Source of the DNA: Bacteroidota bacterium
GTDB lineage: Bacteria; Bacteroidota; Bacteroidia; UBA4408
Assembly: GCA_046297395.1 (NCBI GenBank)
Contig: JBKCNM010000105.1
Span: forward strand, 14,230 to 78,229
Length of the DNA stretch: 64,000 bases
Direction of reading: 5' to 3'
Positions 20,590-30,335 of this stretch are shown here, in pieces. A model generated the notes under the pieces. The model was not told the origin of the DNA. It was given only the letters and a program-made list of their open reading frames with translations, and made no database searches. A program made the position numbers and the translations under genes. The stretch's first letter is position 1; each line of letters begins with the position of its first letter.

Positions 20590-20997
20590 ATGCAAGGAAA
20601 ACCTACGGTGATGTTGATTGATGACAATGATGTAGATAACTTTATCAACAGAAGAATTATTGAAAATCAGCAGTTTTCAGACAGAATCTATGTGCACACC
20701 AGCTCAAAAAGCGCCCTTGAATTCCTTAAAAACTTTGAACAACTGCCGGACTTTCCGGAATACCTGATTCCATCTATTCTCTTTTTAGATATCAGTATGC
20801 CTGTCATGGACGGGTATGCTTTTATGGCTGAATTTGCCAAGATCAATCCCGCTTTCCGTTCAAAAATCAGGGTAATCGTGCTCACATCCTCTACCAATTC
20901 GTCAGAGAAAGAAAACTTCATGAAAATTGAAGGGGTTAGCGATTACTTCAACAAGCCTCTTACAGTTGAGCATTTGAATCAACTGAGAGAGATGTAA
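20590..20997 (+). CDS. Stand-alone response-regulator receiver domain
   Basis: 135 aa. Acidic pocket IDDNDVD, phospho-acceptor context ILFLDISMPVMDG, conserved T (VLTSS) and K (NKP). No output domain. Confidence 0.85.
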   Translation: MQGKPTVMLIDDNDVDNFINRRIIENQQFSDRIYVHTSSKSALEFLKNFEQLPDFPEYLIPSILFLDISMPVMDGYAFMAEFAKINPAFRSKIRVIVLTSSTNSSEKENFMKIEGVSDYFNKPLTVEHLNQLREM

Positions 20998-21073
20998 AAG
21001 AACAGACAATATGTCATTATTTAACCCGCTGGCACAGGGCTTGCTATTGGGCTGGCAAATCAATTAATCAAAT

Positions 21074-22888
21074 ATGAAATCCGGTACCATACATGTTCAG
21101 ACTGAGAACATTTTCCCAATCATCAAAAAATTCCTCTATTCCGACCACGAAATCTTTCTTAGAGAGTTGGTTTCAAATGCAGTTGATGCATGTCAGAAAT
21201 TAAAAGCACTTCGCTCCCTGGGAGAAGCCCCCGGTAGTGAGGATGCTTTTCGGGTGGATATAAGCCTAAGTAAAGAAAACAAAACGCTTACCATCTCCGA
21301 CAATGGAATTGGAATGACAGAAGCTGAGATTGAAAAGTACATCAACCAGATTGCATTCTCGGGAGCAGAAGAATTTGTAAACAAATACAAAGACAAAACT
21401 GATGCCGCCGGAATTATTGGACATTTCGGCTTGGGTTTTTATTCTGCATTCATGGTTGCAGGCAAAGTAGAGATACTTACCCGTTCCTTCAAGAGTGATG
21501 CCGAAGCGGTGGAATGGTCATGTTTGGGAAACCCCGATGTACAAATGGGACCCGGAAAAAGAGAAAAACACGGAACGGATGTGGTTCTTCATATTTCCGA
21601 TGACTCTGCAGAGTTCTTGGAAAAAGAACGCATCTCCACCATGCTCAAGAAGTATTGTAAATTCCTTCCGGTAGCCATCCATTTTGAGGATGAACAAATC
21701 AACAACACATCCCCTGCATGGGTAAAAAAACCATCAGCGCTGAATGATGATGATTATAAAAATTTCTACAGAGAGCTCTATCCTATGGGATTTGATGATC
21801 CTCTGTTTCATATCCATCTCAATGTAGACTACCCTTTCAACCTAACAGGCATTCTGTATTTCCCCAAGATTAAAAACAACCTGGAGGTGCAAAAAGACAA
21901 AATTCAATTGTATTGTAACCAGGTTTTTGTAACAGATTCCGTAGAAAATATTGTCCCCGAATTTCTGACACTTCTCAAGGGTGTTATCGATTCACCCGAT
22001 ATTCCTCTAAATGTTTCCAGAAGTTACCTGCAGGGTGATCCTAATGTAAAAAAGATCTCCAACCACATCACAAAAAAAGTGGCAGATAAGTTGGATGAGC
22101 TCTTCAAAAATTCAAGAGAAGAATATGAAGCCAAGTGGAACGATATCTCGGTGTTTATCAAGTATGGAATGATTTCCGAGGATAAGTTTTACGAAAAAGC
22201 AGAACACTTTTTCCTTTACAAAACAGCTTCCGGAAAATTCCTTACCCACGAGGAGCTCAATAATCAGTGGGGATTGCAGCATACAAACAAATCAGGTAAA
22301 AAAGTTTTTCTGTACAGCAATGATGCCGATGCCCAGCATGTTTTTATTGAAAATGCAAAAGGCAAAGGGTATGAAGTATTGTTGATGGATGGACCGTTTG
22401 ATGCGCATTTTATCAATTTCATTGAAGGAAAGCATACCGATTTACAATTCGCCAGAGTAGACTCCGACAGCATTGAAAAACTGATAGAAAAAGACGAGCA
22501 AATTCCAAGCAAGTTAAATGAGGAAGAACAAAAGGAATTGAAAGAACTGATACAAAAATCAATCCCCGCTGAAAAATATACCGTTCTCATTGAAAGTCTT
22601 TCCGAAACAGATCAGCCGGTGATGGTTACTCAGCCGGAATTCATGAGAAGAATGAAAGAAATGAATCGCTTTGGAGGAGGAATGTCCTTTATGGGACAGA
22701 TGCCCGAAATGTATAACCTGGTGGTGAATGCAAACCATCCGCTGGCAGATAAAATCTTGCGTGAAAAAAATGAGGAAAAACAACAAGACATGGTGCGCCA
22801 GGCAACAGATCTTGCCTTGCTCTCTCAAAATCTGCTTAAGGGAGAGGAGTTGTCTTCATTTATCAAACGAAGTCTCGGGATGATGTAA
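21074..22888 (+). CDS. htpG: Molecular chaperone HtpG (Hsp90)
   Basis: GHKL ATPase motifs ELVSNAVDA, ISDNGIGMT and IGHFGLGFYSAF. 604 aa. Confidence 0.95.
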   Translation: MKSGTIHVQTENIFPIIKKFLYSDHEIFLRELVSNAVDACQKLKALRSLGEAPGSEDAFRVDISLSKENKTLTISDNGIGMTEAEIEKYINQIAFSGAEEFVNKYKDKTDAAGIIGHFGLGFYSAFMVAGKVEILTRSFKSDAEAVEWSCLGNPDVQMGPGKREKHGTDVVLHISDDSAEFLEKERISTMLKKYCKFLPVAIHFEDEQINNTSPAWVKKPSALNDDDYKNFYRELYPMGFDDPLFHIHLNVDYPFNLTGILYFPKIKNNLEVQKDKIQLYCNQVFVTDSVENIVPEFLTLLKGVIDSPDIPLNVSRSYLQGDPNVKKISNHITKKVADKLDELFKNSREEYEAKWNDISVFIKYGMISEDKFYEKAEHFFLYKTASGKFLTHEELNNQWGLQHTNKSGKKVFLYSNDADAQHVFIENAKGKGYEVLLMDGPFDAHFINFIEGKHTDLQFARVDSDSIEKLIEKDEQIPSKLNEEEQKELKELIQKSIPAEKYTVLIESLSETDQPVMVTQPEFMRRMKEMNRFGGGMSFMGQMPEMYNLVVNANHPLADKILREKNEEKQQDMVRQATDLALLSQNLLKGEELSSFIKRSLGMM

Positions 22889-22890
22889 GC

Positions 22891-23658
22891 ATGTTTTTTA
22901 TTGTCTCCAAACTCACCTATTTTATCTTCAGCCCCTATTTCTGGTTGACGCTCTATCTTCTTTTTATCCTCATTCGATTCAGGAAGATAGAGGCCATTAA
23001 ACATCTGTGGATACTTTTTTTCCTGCTCATGATTTTTGGGAATCGTTTTATTGTTAACCGGGTTTTCCGTTGGTACGAAACACCGCCGGTTGCAGATACA
23101 GGAATTAAAAAAACAGATGTAGCGGTGGTTCTTGGTGGATTCAGTTATTATGATTTTACCCTTAAACGCATCCATTTCAACAGGAGTGCCGATCGTGTGT
23201 TTCATGCGGTGAGATTATATAAAAAGGGACTCGTAAGAAAAATATTGCTTTCAGGTGGAAGCGGAAGTCTTAAAAAGCCATACGAAAGAGAGGCACCATT
23301 GATAGCCGCTTACCTTGTTGAGATTGGTATTCATCCAGAAGACCTGATTCTTGATACAATTTCCAGAAATACCCATGAAAATGCAGTTGAATGTGCCAGA
23401 TTGCTTCGCCTACATGGATATGATCAATCGCCCCAGCTGCTGCTCAGCTCCGGTTATCACTTACCCAGAGCACTGGCATGTTTCAAAAAACAACAAATAG
23501 CCGTTATCCCTTATTCCGTTGATGGACAGGGAGGGGATCAACAAAAACTTTATCCCGACGATTTAATTCTCCCCAGTTCCTCCATGTTTGAACTTTGGGA
23601 TATTATCATCCATGAATGGTTTGGTTTTTTGATGTATAAGATCAGTGGGAAATGTTAA
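22891..23658 (+). CDS. YdcF/ElyC-family (DUF218) membrane-anchored protein
   Basis: N-terminal TM helices, then the DUF218 core AVVLGG...LLSGGSG...THENAVE...SSGYHLPRA. Confidence 0.75.
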   Translation: MFFIVSKLTYFIFSPYFWLTLYLLFILIRFRKIEAIKHLWILFFLLMIFGNRFIVNRVFRWYETPPVADTGIKKTDVAVVLGGFSYYDFTLKRIHFNRSADRVFHAVRLYKKGLVRKILLSGGSGSLKKPYEREAPLIAAYLVEIGIHPEDLILDTISRNTHENAVECARLLRLHGYDQSPQLLLSSGYHLPRALACFKKQQIAVIPYSVDGQGGDQQKLYPDDLILPSSSMFELWDIIIHEWFGFLMYKISGKC

Positions 23659-23798
23659 TCAATAATAGTTTCCCTTTTGATTCCTGATACCTTTCATTGA
23701 AACCCAAAGGAGATGCTCAGGCGTATAAGAAATATCAATCGAAAGGAGGTAATTTGGAAAAATTTAAACAACATGTCTAAACAGCATTGATTTGAAAC

Positions 23799-23839
23799 AG
23801 AGAGGCCGGGCAAAACAACCCGGCTTCTCTTGTTTATTT
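23799..23839 (+). terminator. Rho-independent terminator-like hairpin
   Basis: acagagagGCCGGG-caaaacaa-CCCGGCttctct forms about 12 bp including one G-U pair, followed by tgtttattt. It lies 140 nt after the ydcF-like stop and 36 nt before efp. Confidence 0.5.
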
Positions 23840-23851
23840 AAGGGCTTGCGT

Positions 23852-23859
23852 TATTTTTG
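23852..23859 (+). promoter_or_regulatory. Candidate -7 promoter box (TATTTTTG) for efp
   Basis: Exact TAnnTTTG match, 16 nt upstream of the efp ATG and just after the hairpin. Confidence 0.4.
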
Positions 23860-23874
23860 CAGGCAAATTAAATC

Positions 23875-24435
23875 ATGGCAACAACACAGGACATTGGTGT
23901 AGGCACCGTTCTCAGATTCAATGGTGAACTGGTTCAGGTTATTGAATATCAGCACCGGACACCCGGAAACTTGAGGGCTTTCTACCAGGCAAAAATGCGC
24001 AATCTAAAAACCGGAAAGTTGGTGGAAAACCGTTTCCGTTCTGGAGAAGAAGTTGAGGTAGCCCGCGTGGAATACCGCATGCTTCAATACATTTATATGG
24101 ATGGCGATTTTATTGTTTGTATGGACAATGAAACCTACGAGCAAATATTAGTCCCTGCCTTTATGTTCGGAGATGGTGCCAAATTTCTCAAAGAGGGTAT
24201 GGAGGTAAAAATTGCTTTTGAAAACGATGAGCCCATCCTTGCAGAAGCTCCCACATTTGTAACCCTTGAAATAACCTATACCGAACCGGGCATCAAAGGC
24301 GATACAGCCACCAATACCCTAAAGGCAGCTACCGTTGAGACAGGAGCAACTGTCATGGTTCCGCTGTTTGTAAACCAAGGAGAGAAAATCAAAATCGACA
24401 CACGCACCTATGCTTATGTTGAGCGTGTGAAATAA
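23875..24435 (+). CDS. efp: Elongation factor P
   Basis: 186 aa. MATTQDIGVGTVLRFNGELVQVIEYQHRTPGN... shows the EF-P three-domain pattern. Confidence 0.95.
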   Translation: MATTQDIGVGTVLRFNGELVQVIEYQHRTPGNLRAFYQAKMRNLKTGKLVENRFRSGEEVEVARVEYRMLQYIYMDGDFIVCMDNETYEQILVPAFMFGDGAKFLKEGMEVKIAFENDEPILAEAPTFVTLEITYTEPGIKGDTATNTLKAATVETGATVMVPLFVNQGEKIKIDTRTYAYVERVK

Positions 24436-24458
24436 AACACCATTCAAATATCAATTGT

Positions 24459-24487
24459 AAAAATCCCGGGACTTCGGGATTTTTTTT
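24459..24487. terminator. Bidirectional rho-independent terminator between convergent efp and M43 protease genes
   Basis: AAATCCCG-ggactt-CGGGATTT is an 8-bp stem, flanked by an A-run on the left and a T-run on the right. Confidence 0.6.
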
Positions 24488-25814
24488 ATTCCCTCAGGAA
24501 CTTGCTGAGAACAACAGCACCATCGACCTGAAGAAAATATAATCCGGGCTGCAGGTGACCGAGCGAAATTTGACCACTACTCGAAAGCCACTCTCTTCCC
24601 AGAAACTTGCCGCTGATATCAATCACATCAACGAAGCGTGAGGTGGAAGGAATACCAACAAAACGAATGTTCCCGTCAGCGGATGGGTTGGGTAAAATTT
24701 TAATTCCTTGTGATGAGGTTCTCCAACGGGTACCATTGGTGATTTGTGCAAGATTTTGCCTGTAATCACTGCATACTGTCCTCATGATGCTCACCTGCCC
24801 CTTGGTAAAGGTGTTCTGGCAGGCTTCGGAGGAATAATCCATGTAGTTTTCAACCATATCCGGATAATCAACATCACCAGAGTCAAGACAGGTGTTTCTT
24901 GTCATGTCGCAATCGAAACTCGATTCATTGGAGGAGAGGGGTGTATCATCCACTCCGTCATCGGCAAGGCAGTCGTCATTGTCTCCCCAAATATGTCGTA
25001 AACCCAAGTAATGGCCCACCTCATGCACAACCGTACGACCCAGCACCACACTGGTGTCTCCACCGACGATGAGCGGATTGGGGTTGTTGTCGGAAATGCA
25101 CTGGTATTGGATAACCACACCATCAGTTAAATCACCAATCGATCCGGAAGGCCAATTCGGAAGACCGGGAGGAGGAGTAGCATATCCCAGAAGAGATACA
25201 CCCAATAGGGGAAGCGCCATGTTACAAACCCATATATTGAGGTATCTTGAGGTATCCCAGGGATCTATCCCTCCATCTGCTGAAGACTTTACCCTTTCTA
25301 TTGCACTCAGGTCTCCCAAGAGCGATGTAAAATCAGCAAAACTCGTGCGATTGGTTGAAGTGCGGGTAATTCCTGTTGTAGCTTGCCCCTGAGGATTTAT
25401 TGTGGCCAGATGAAAACGCACATTCGCATCATTGGCGCTCAAGGGAGCAAATACCGGCCTCAGATTAACTGTGTCCGCATTGGTTCTTGTAAAATCACGG
25501 TTCAGGATGTCTATTTGTCTTTTAATAACTTCATCTGATAAATTCTGTTCCTGAGAATTATAAACAACATGAACCACAACCGGAATATCATATACATCCG
25601 TATTGGATATTTTCTGTGAGGCCTTGTTTGAGAGGGTGGCATAATGCGCGGCCATGGCATCCGCATAGCCGGGGTACCTCCGGTTGACCCAATCAATATA
25701 GGAGTGGCTCGCACAAGGATTAAACCCATCTGGCAGGCCTGCCGCCGAGGTTTTGAAAGCATCAGTACAGATAAAAAATAATGCAGCTGCAATCGAAAAA
25801 AACAACTTTTTCAT
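24486..25814 (-). CDS. Secreted M43-family (cytophagalysin/pappalysin-like) zinc metalloprotease with type A T9SS C-terminal domain
   Basis: Zinc site HEVGHYLGLRHIWGD. C-terminal tail KILPNPSADGNIRF...GLYFLQV. The likely start is MKKLFFSIAAALFF at 25814. The track ORF begins 11 codons earlier and overlaps the upstream gene. Confidence 0.8.
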   Translation of the reverse strand: MKKLFFSIAAALFFICTDAFKTSAAGLPDGFNPCASHSYIDWVNRRYPGYADAMAAHYATLSNKASQKISNTDVYDIPVVVHVVYNSQEQNLSDEVIKRQIDILNRDFTRTNADTVNLRPVFAPLSANDANVRFHLATINPQGQATTGITRTSTNRTSFADFTSLLGDLSAIERVKSSADGGIDPWDTSRYLNIWVCNMALPLLGVSLLGYATPPPGLPNWPSGSIGDLTDGVVIQYQCISDNNPNPLIVGGDTSVVLGRTVVHEVGHYLGLRHIWGDNDDCLADDGVDDTPLSSNESSFDCDMTRNTCLDSGDVDYPDMVENYMDYSSEACQNTFTKGQVSIMRTVCSDYRQNLAQITNGTRWRTSSQGIKILPNPSADGNIRFVGIPSTSRFVDVIDISGKFLGREWLSSSGQISLGHLQPGLYFLQVDGAVVLSKFLRE

Positions 25815-25818
25815 GATT

Positions 25819-26949
25819 CTACTTTTTTTGTAAAAGTAATGTTTCAATAAAATACTGCCATGAATACCTGGGGGCTTTTTTCAACACCGCATCCGTGAAA
25901 TCAGCCTCCCGGTTTTGGTCGAAATACATCGAAATAGCCTTTGAAACACTCATCGGATTTGTTTCACACACATATCCTTCCTTTTCGTTTTCCACCATCT
26001 CGGGCAATCCTCCTACTGCAGTTACCACCATGGGAAGCCCAAAGTGGAAAGCAATTTGGGTGATGCCGCTCTGGGTAGCTGTTAAATAGGGTTGAACAAG
26101 AAGGTTAGCGGCAGAGAAAAAGCTTGATACTTCTGCATCAGGGATAAACGAAGAATAAAAATATACCCTGTTTTTAATTCCCAATCGTTCCACAAGATCA
26201 TGGGTTTCTTTTTCTGATTCATAGAACTCTCCTGCAACCATCAGCTTTATACCCGATTCTTTAAGTGCCGGTTCAGCCATGGCCCTGAGCAACAATGCAA
26301 GTCCTTTGGACCGACGAACACATCCAAAAAACAAAATCACTTTTTCATGCTCTTCCAATCCCAGTTTTTTTCTGGCTTCTTTTCTTTCCATGCGCTCTCC
26401 GTAGCGATTATACACAGGATGAAAGGTGACTCTTACCGGACAATTGACACCTATTTTTCCCAAATCTTCTGCAACTGAAGCGGACATGGTAATGATTTCA
26501 TCCACCTTGCTGAAAAAGAATTTAGACAACCAAATGTCACCGGGTCTTTTTTCATGAGGGATTACATTATCGGCGATGCAGATTATTCTTGCTTTCGGTA
26601 ATTTCCGTTTGATGCGGGCGGCAATGATGCCTAATGCCGGTGCAAAAAAAGGCATCCAATATCGGATGACCACAACCTCTGCATGTTGGGAGATTACTTC
26701 ATTCGCAGCTCTTAGCCAGCTTGGAGGCCAGATGCTATTGATGAGTGTTTTGATATGTAGATGATAGGGTCTCGGATCATCCGTGTACTGGGATTTTCCG
26801 GGAAACAACAGGGAGGGATACTGCAGTGAATAGGAAATCACACCCACCTGATGACCTGCCTTTGAAAGTTCAGTTGCCAGTATTTCTGTAAAGCTTGCAA
26901 TGCCGCCTCTCAGGGGCCAGGCAGGAGATATGATCTGGATGCGTAACAA
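25819..26949 (-). CDS. GT4-family glycosyltransferase
   Basis: LRIQIISPAWPLRGGIASF is the N-terminal Rossmann start. The C-terminal half has GLPMVVTAVGGLPEMVENEKEGYVCE. The ATG at 27021 overlaps proS by 65 nt. A TTG at 26949, 8 nt after the proS stop, fits better, but the start remains uncertain. Confidence 0.75.
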   Translation of the reverse strand: MLRIQIISPAWPLRGGIASFTEILATELSKAGHQVGVISYSLQYPSLLFPGKSQYTDDPRPYHLHIKTLINSIWPPSWLRAANEVISQHAEVVVIRYWMPFFAPALGIIAARIKRKLPKARIICIADNVIPHEKRPGDIWLSKFFFSKVDEIITMSASVAEDLGKIGVNCPVRVTFHPVYNRYGERMERKEARKKLGLEEHEKVILFFGCVRRSKGLALLLRAMAEPALKESGIKLMVAGEFYESEKETHDLVERLGIKNRVYFYSSFIPDAEVSSFFSAANLLVQPYLTATQSGITQIAFHFGLPMVVTAVGGLPEMVENEKEGYVCETNPMSVSKAISMYFDQNREADFTDAVLKKAPRYSWQYFIETLLLQKK

Positions 26950-26956
26950 GGCAGAA

Positions 26957-28432
26957 TTAGTAGGCCCTGGCAAAAAGTACCCTTTGGGTAGAAGGTTTGC
27001 CGGAGAATATGCATTGCCCATTCTCTTCAGGCTGATGAAGCGGTATACAGCGAATAGTGGCCTTGGTTTCCTCCTTTATTTTCATTTCAGTTTCCGTGGT
27101 ACCATCCCAGTGAGCAGCTACAAATCCGCCTTTGTTGTCGAGGATGTCGGTAAATTCCTCCAGGGTATTTGCATGTGTGATATGGGCATCGCGAAATGCA
27201 AGGGCTTTGTTGAAGATATTTTGTTGAATCTCATCCAGCAGGCTTTTGATTTTCTCCACAACATCATCCATGGACAAAGACATTTTTTCACCAGTGTCTC
27301 TGCGGGCAACTTCAATGGTGTTTTGCTGATAATCACGCATGCCCATGCAAAGCCTTACGGGTACTCCCTTGAGTTCATATTCAGCAAATTTAAAACCCGG
27401 GCGATGGGTATCCCTGTCATCATATTTCACCGTGATTCCGTAGGCTTTCAGGGCGTTAATAACAGGCTGTAACTTTTCGGAGATTGTGCTGAGTTCCTCT
27501 TCGGATTTATAAATGGGCACAATCACTACCTGAATGGGTGCCAGCTTTGGTGGCAACACCAATCCATTGTTGTCGGAGTGAGCCATGATAAGGGCTCCCA
27601 TCAGCCTGGTGGAAACCCCCCAGGAGGTGGCCCATACATAATCAAGTTTACCATCTTTTCCTGCAAACTGCACATCGAAAGCCTTAGCGAAATTTTGACC
27701 CAAAAAATGAGAAGTTCCTGCCTGAAGGGCTTTGCCATCTTTCATCAATGCTTCGATACAATAGGTATCAAGTGCTCCCGCAAATCTTTCATTGGCTGTT
27801 TTTCTTCCTTTAATGACAGGCAAGGCCAGGTATTGCTCAGCAAATGTTGCATACACATCAAGCATCCGAGTGGTTTCCTCCACCGCTTCCTCGGCTGTAG
27901 CATGTGCTGTATGTCCTTCCTGCCAGAGGAATTCTGCTGTTCGCAAAAACAATCGGGTACGCATTTCCCATCGCACCACATTTGCCCACTGGTTGATCAG
28001 CAGGGGAAGATCACGATAGGATTGAATCCAATTTTTATAGGTATTCCAAATAATGGTTTCAGAGGTAGGTCTTACAATGAGTTCTTCCTCCAGCTTGGCA
28101 TCTTCATCTACCACCACCCCTTTGCCATCAGGGTCGTTTTTAAGTCGGTAGTGGGTAACAACTGCGCACTCTTTTGCAAAGCCGTCCACATGAGAGGCCT
28201 CCTTTGAAAAGAATGATTTGGGGATGAAAAGCGGAAAATAGGCGTTCTGATGGCCGGTCTCTTTAAACATTCCATCCAGAACAGCTTGCATCTTCTCCCA
28301 AATGGCATAGCCATAGGGCTTAATGACCATGCAACCCCTCACGGCAGAGTTTTCAGCCAGATCAGCTTTGATGACAAGATCGTTGTACCATTGGGCGTAG
28401 TTTTCTTCTCGGTTGGTTAAATCTTTAGCCAT
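26957..28432 (-). CDS. proS: Proline--tRNA ligase (archaeal/eukaryote-like type)
   Basis: 491 aa. [46 protein letters not shown] and the class II motifs are characteristic. Confidence 0.95.
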   Translation of the reverse strand: MAKDLTNREENYAQWYNDLVIKADLAENSAVRGCMVIKPYGYAIWEKMQAVLDGMFKETGHQNAYFPLFIPKSFFSKEASHVDGFAKECAVVTHYRLKNDPDGKGVVVDEDAKLEEELIVRPTSETIIWNTYKNWIQSYRDLPLLINQWANVVRWEMRTRLFLRTAEFLWQEGHTAHATAEEAVEETTRMLDVYATFAEQYLALPVIKGRKTANERFAGALDTYCIEALMKDGKALQAGTSHFLGQNFAKAFDVQFAGKDGKLDYVWATSWGVSTRLMGALIMAHSDNNGLVLPPKLAPIQVVIVPIYKSEEELSTISEKLQPVINALKAYGITVKYDDRDTHRPGFKFAEYELKGVPVRLCMGMRDYQQNTIEVARRDTGEKMSLSMDDVVEKIKSLLDEIQQNIFNKALAFRDAHITHANTLEEFTDILDNKGGFVAAHWDGTTETEMKIKEETKATIRCIPLHQPEENGQCIFSGKPSTQRVLFARAY

Positions 28433-28527
28433 GAAAATTTTGGTATGGACTTTGGGTAGTGATGTGAGTACGGTTCAAAAAGGGTTACAAAAATACTCCA
28501 AAAGCCTGCAAAAACAACCTCATTGGA

Positions 28528-30327
28528 ATGTTTATGAAAACGATTCTCTCCCTCTCAGTCCTCGCAGCGGTTCTCCTCGTGAGCGCATGCAATTCCACAA
28601 GGCAATCTGCATCAGTAAACGATGATGTATATTTTTCTCCAAGAAACGCCCCGCAAGAGGTATACACTCCCCCACAAAACAAGACATCAGAGCAGCCGGT
28701 GCAACCTGCTGCACCCTCCACAGGAAGTGGGAGTGGAAATTCCAAGCGGAGTGAATCTCAGTATGATTATGCAGAGAACAACGCAAGAACCGTCTCAGAC
28801 AACGGACGCACTTTTGATATGGATGATTATTATGATTATTCCTATGCGGCCAGAATCAGAAGGTTCAACACCACCTATGCAACAGGCTTGGGATACTATG
28901 ATCCCTTTTACACCAACATTTACTACTACGATTATAATCCCATTTCTTTCGGTACCTCCGTTTACACGACCTATGGCTTCTGGAATCCCGGATTCAGCAC
29001 AATGGTTTACTCAAGACCGTTCGGTTGGGGCTTGGGTTTCCGTCAGCGAATGTCCTGGGATCCATTCTGGGGCTGGAATTCTGCCTGGTATGGGTACGAT
29101 CCTTTTTGGTCATGGAACAACCCCTGGACCTGGAGTTCTCCCTATTACAGCTGCTGGAATTCGCCCTGGTATTGGTACAACGGCTGGGGCACCTGGGGCG
29201 GTTGGGGGAACAATTACTGGAATGGCTTCAACCATGGATACATGAATGGTTACTGGAATGGATATCATCAAGGTCTCGCCAACTCCATGTACCTTAACAG
29301 TTTCGACAGAAATCAATTTTATTATGGACCCCGAAATGCCATTGGTAACAATGGAGTAGCCTCCGGTGGACGCCGGGCAGGCATGTCTTTCGGAGAAAAA
29401 TACCAAAGAGCAATGGCTGTTGACCGTGGTGATGTACAACCCATCAAAACCACAGAGGATGGCATCCGAAATCCGGTTATCCGGGGAAATCAAGGCAATA
29501 TCAAGACGGATGGCCCCACTTTGAGCCCCTCCATCAGGGAGGAAATCAAAAACCCCTCCATGCCTTCACGGGATATCCGTTCACCCAAATCACCCGAAAA
29601 TACTGCCACTCCAACCGTAAGGCCAAACAGTAATTTTGATTACATGCCCCCCACTCGTACACCCGAAACCCATGTTCCGGTAAAAACCCCTCAGGGCACC
29701 CTCAGCCCTGCCTTCGATACGCGAACCGATAAGCCCTCTAACGGACCTTCGAGAAACAATTTCGATCAGGTAAATCCGGGCGTGAGAAATGAAAAGACAC
29801 CGGATTTTACTCCGGAGGTGAATCCCCGTGATCGTTTCAACAACAACTCAAGGCGTCAGGAATTTATCCGTGACTTCTCCAAGCCGCAATCGCCTAATGA
29901 TTTTGACAGGGAGCAAGTAAGACCAAGAATTGAAAACACCCCAAGATATGAGTCACCCAGGGATTACTCTCCAAGAAATCAAGGTCCCCAAATGGAGAAC
30001 ACTCCCAGAAACTATGATACTCCGAGAATGGAAAGCAGTCCGAGAAACTATGATACACCGAGAATGGAAAGCAGTCCAAGAAACTTTGATGCACCCAGAA
30101 TGGAAAGTAGTCCGAGAAACTTCGATGCACCCAGAATGGAAAACAGCCCGAGAAACTTCGATGCACCTCGTTCTCAGCCTACGCCAAATATGAACATGAG
30201 TCCGAGAAACTATGATTCTCCCAGAATGCAATCCGCCCCGCGCATGGAAAGCGGTCCACGAATGCAATCATCACCCCGCAACTTTTCTCCTTCTATGCAA
30301 GGTGGCAGAAGCGGAGGTCGCAGATAA
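28528..30327 (+). CDS. Lipoprotein of unknown function with an aromatic/Gly/Asn low-complexity core and a PR-rich tandem-repeat tail
   Basis: Signal peptide plus lipobox (LLVSAC, Cys21). By my hand count there are 16 Trp in the 73 residues 177-249. The C-terminus carries SPRN[YF]D[TA]PRME[SN] repeats. I recognise no family. Confidence 0.7.
   Translation: MFMKTILSLSVLAAVLLVSACNSTRQSASVNDDVYFSPRNAPQEVYTPPQNKTSEQPVQPAAPSTGSGSGNSKRSESQYDYAENNARTVSDNGRTFDMDDYYDYSYAARIRRFNTTYATGLGYYDPFYTNIYYYDYNPISFGTSVYTTYGFWNPGFSTMVYSRPFGWGLGFRQRMSWDPFWGWNSAWYGYDPFWSWNNPWTWSSPYYSCWNSPWYWYNGWGTWGGWGNNYWNGFNHGYMNGYWNGYHQGLANSMYLNSFDRNQFYYGPRNAIGNNGVASGGRRAGMSFGEKYQRAMAVDRGDVQPIKTTEDGIRNPVIRGNQGNIKTDGPTLSPSIREEIKNPSMPSRDIRSPKSPENTATPTVRPNSNFDYMPPTRTPETHVPVKTPQGTLSPAFDTRTDKPSNGPSRNNFDQVNPGVRNEKTPDFTPEVNPRDRFNNNSRRQEFIRDFSKPQSPNDFDREQVRPRIENTPRYESPRDYSPRNQGPQMENTPRNYDTPRMESSPRNYDTPRMESSPRNFDAPRMESSPRNFDAPRMENSPRNFDAPRSQPTPNMNMSPRNYDSPRMQSAPRMESGPRMQSSPRNFSPSMQGGRSGGRR
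29932..30300 (+). repeat. In-frame 36-bp coding tandem repeats, about 5 well-conserved units with degenerate flanks
   Basis: Units such as ccgagaatggaaagcagtccgagaaactatgataca recur head to tail. They encode PRMESSPRNYDT, PRMESSPRNFDA and related variants. Confidence 0.85.
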
Positions 30328-30335
30328 ACAACGCT

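Noticed and set aside
29894-30267. A regularly spaced DNA repeat that could be mistaken for a CRISPR-like array, plus three overlapping alternative-frame ORFs.
   Set aside because: The units are contiguous 36-bp repeats with no spacers. They are in frame within a longer ORF and encode a peptide repeat. The other-frame ORFs are artefacts of that periodicity.
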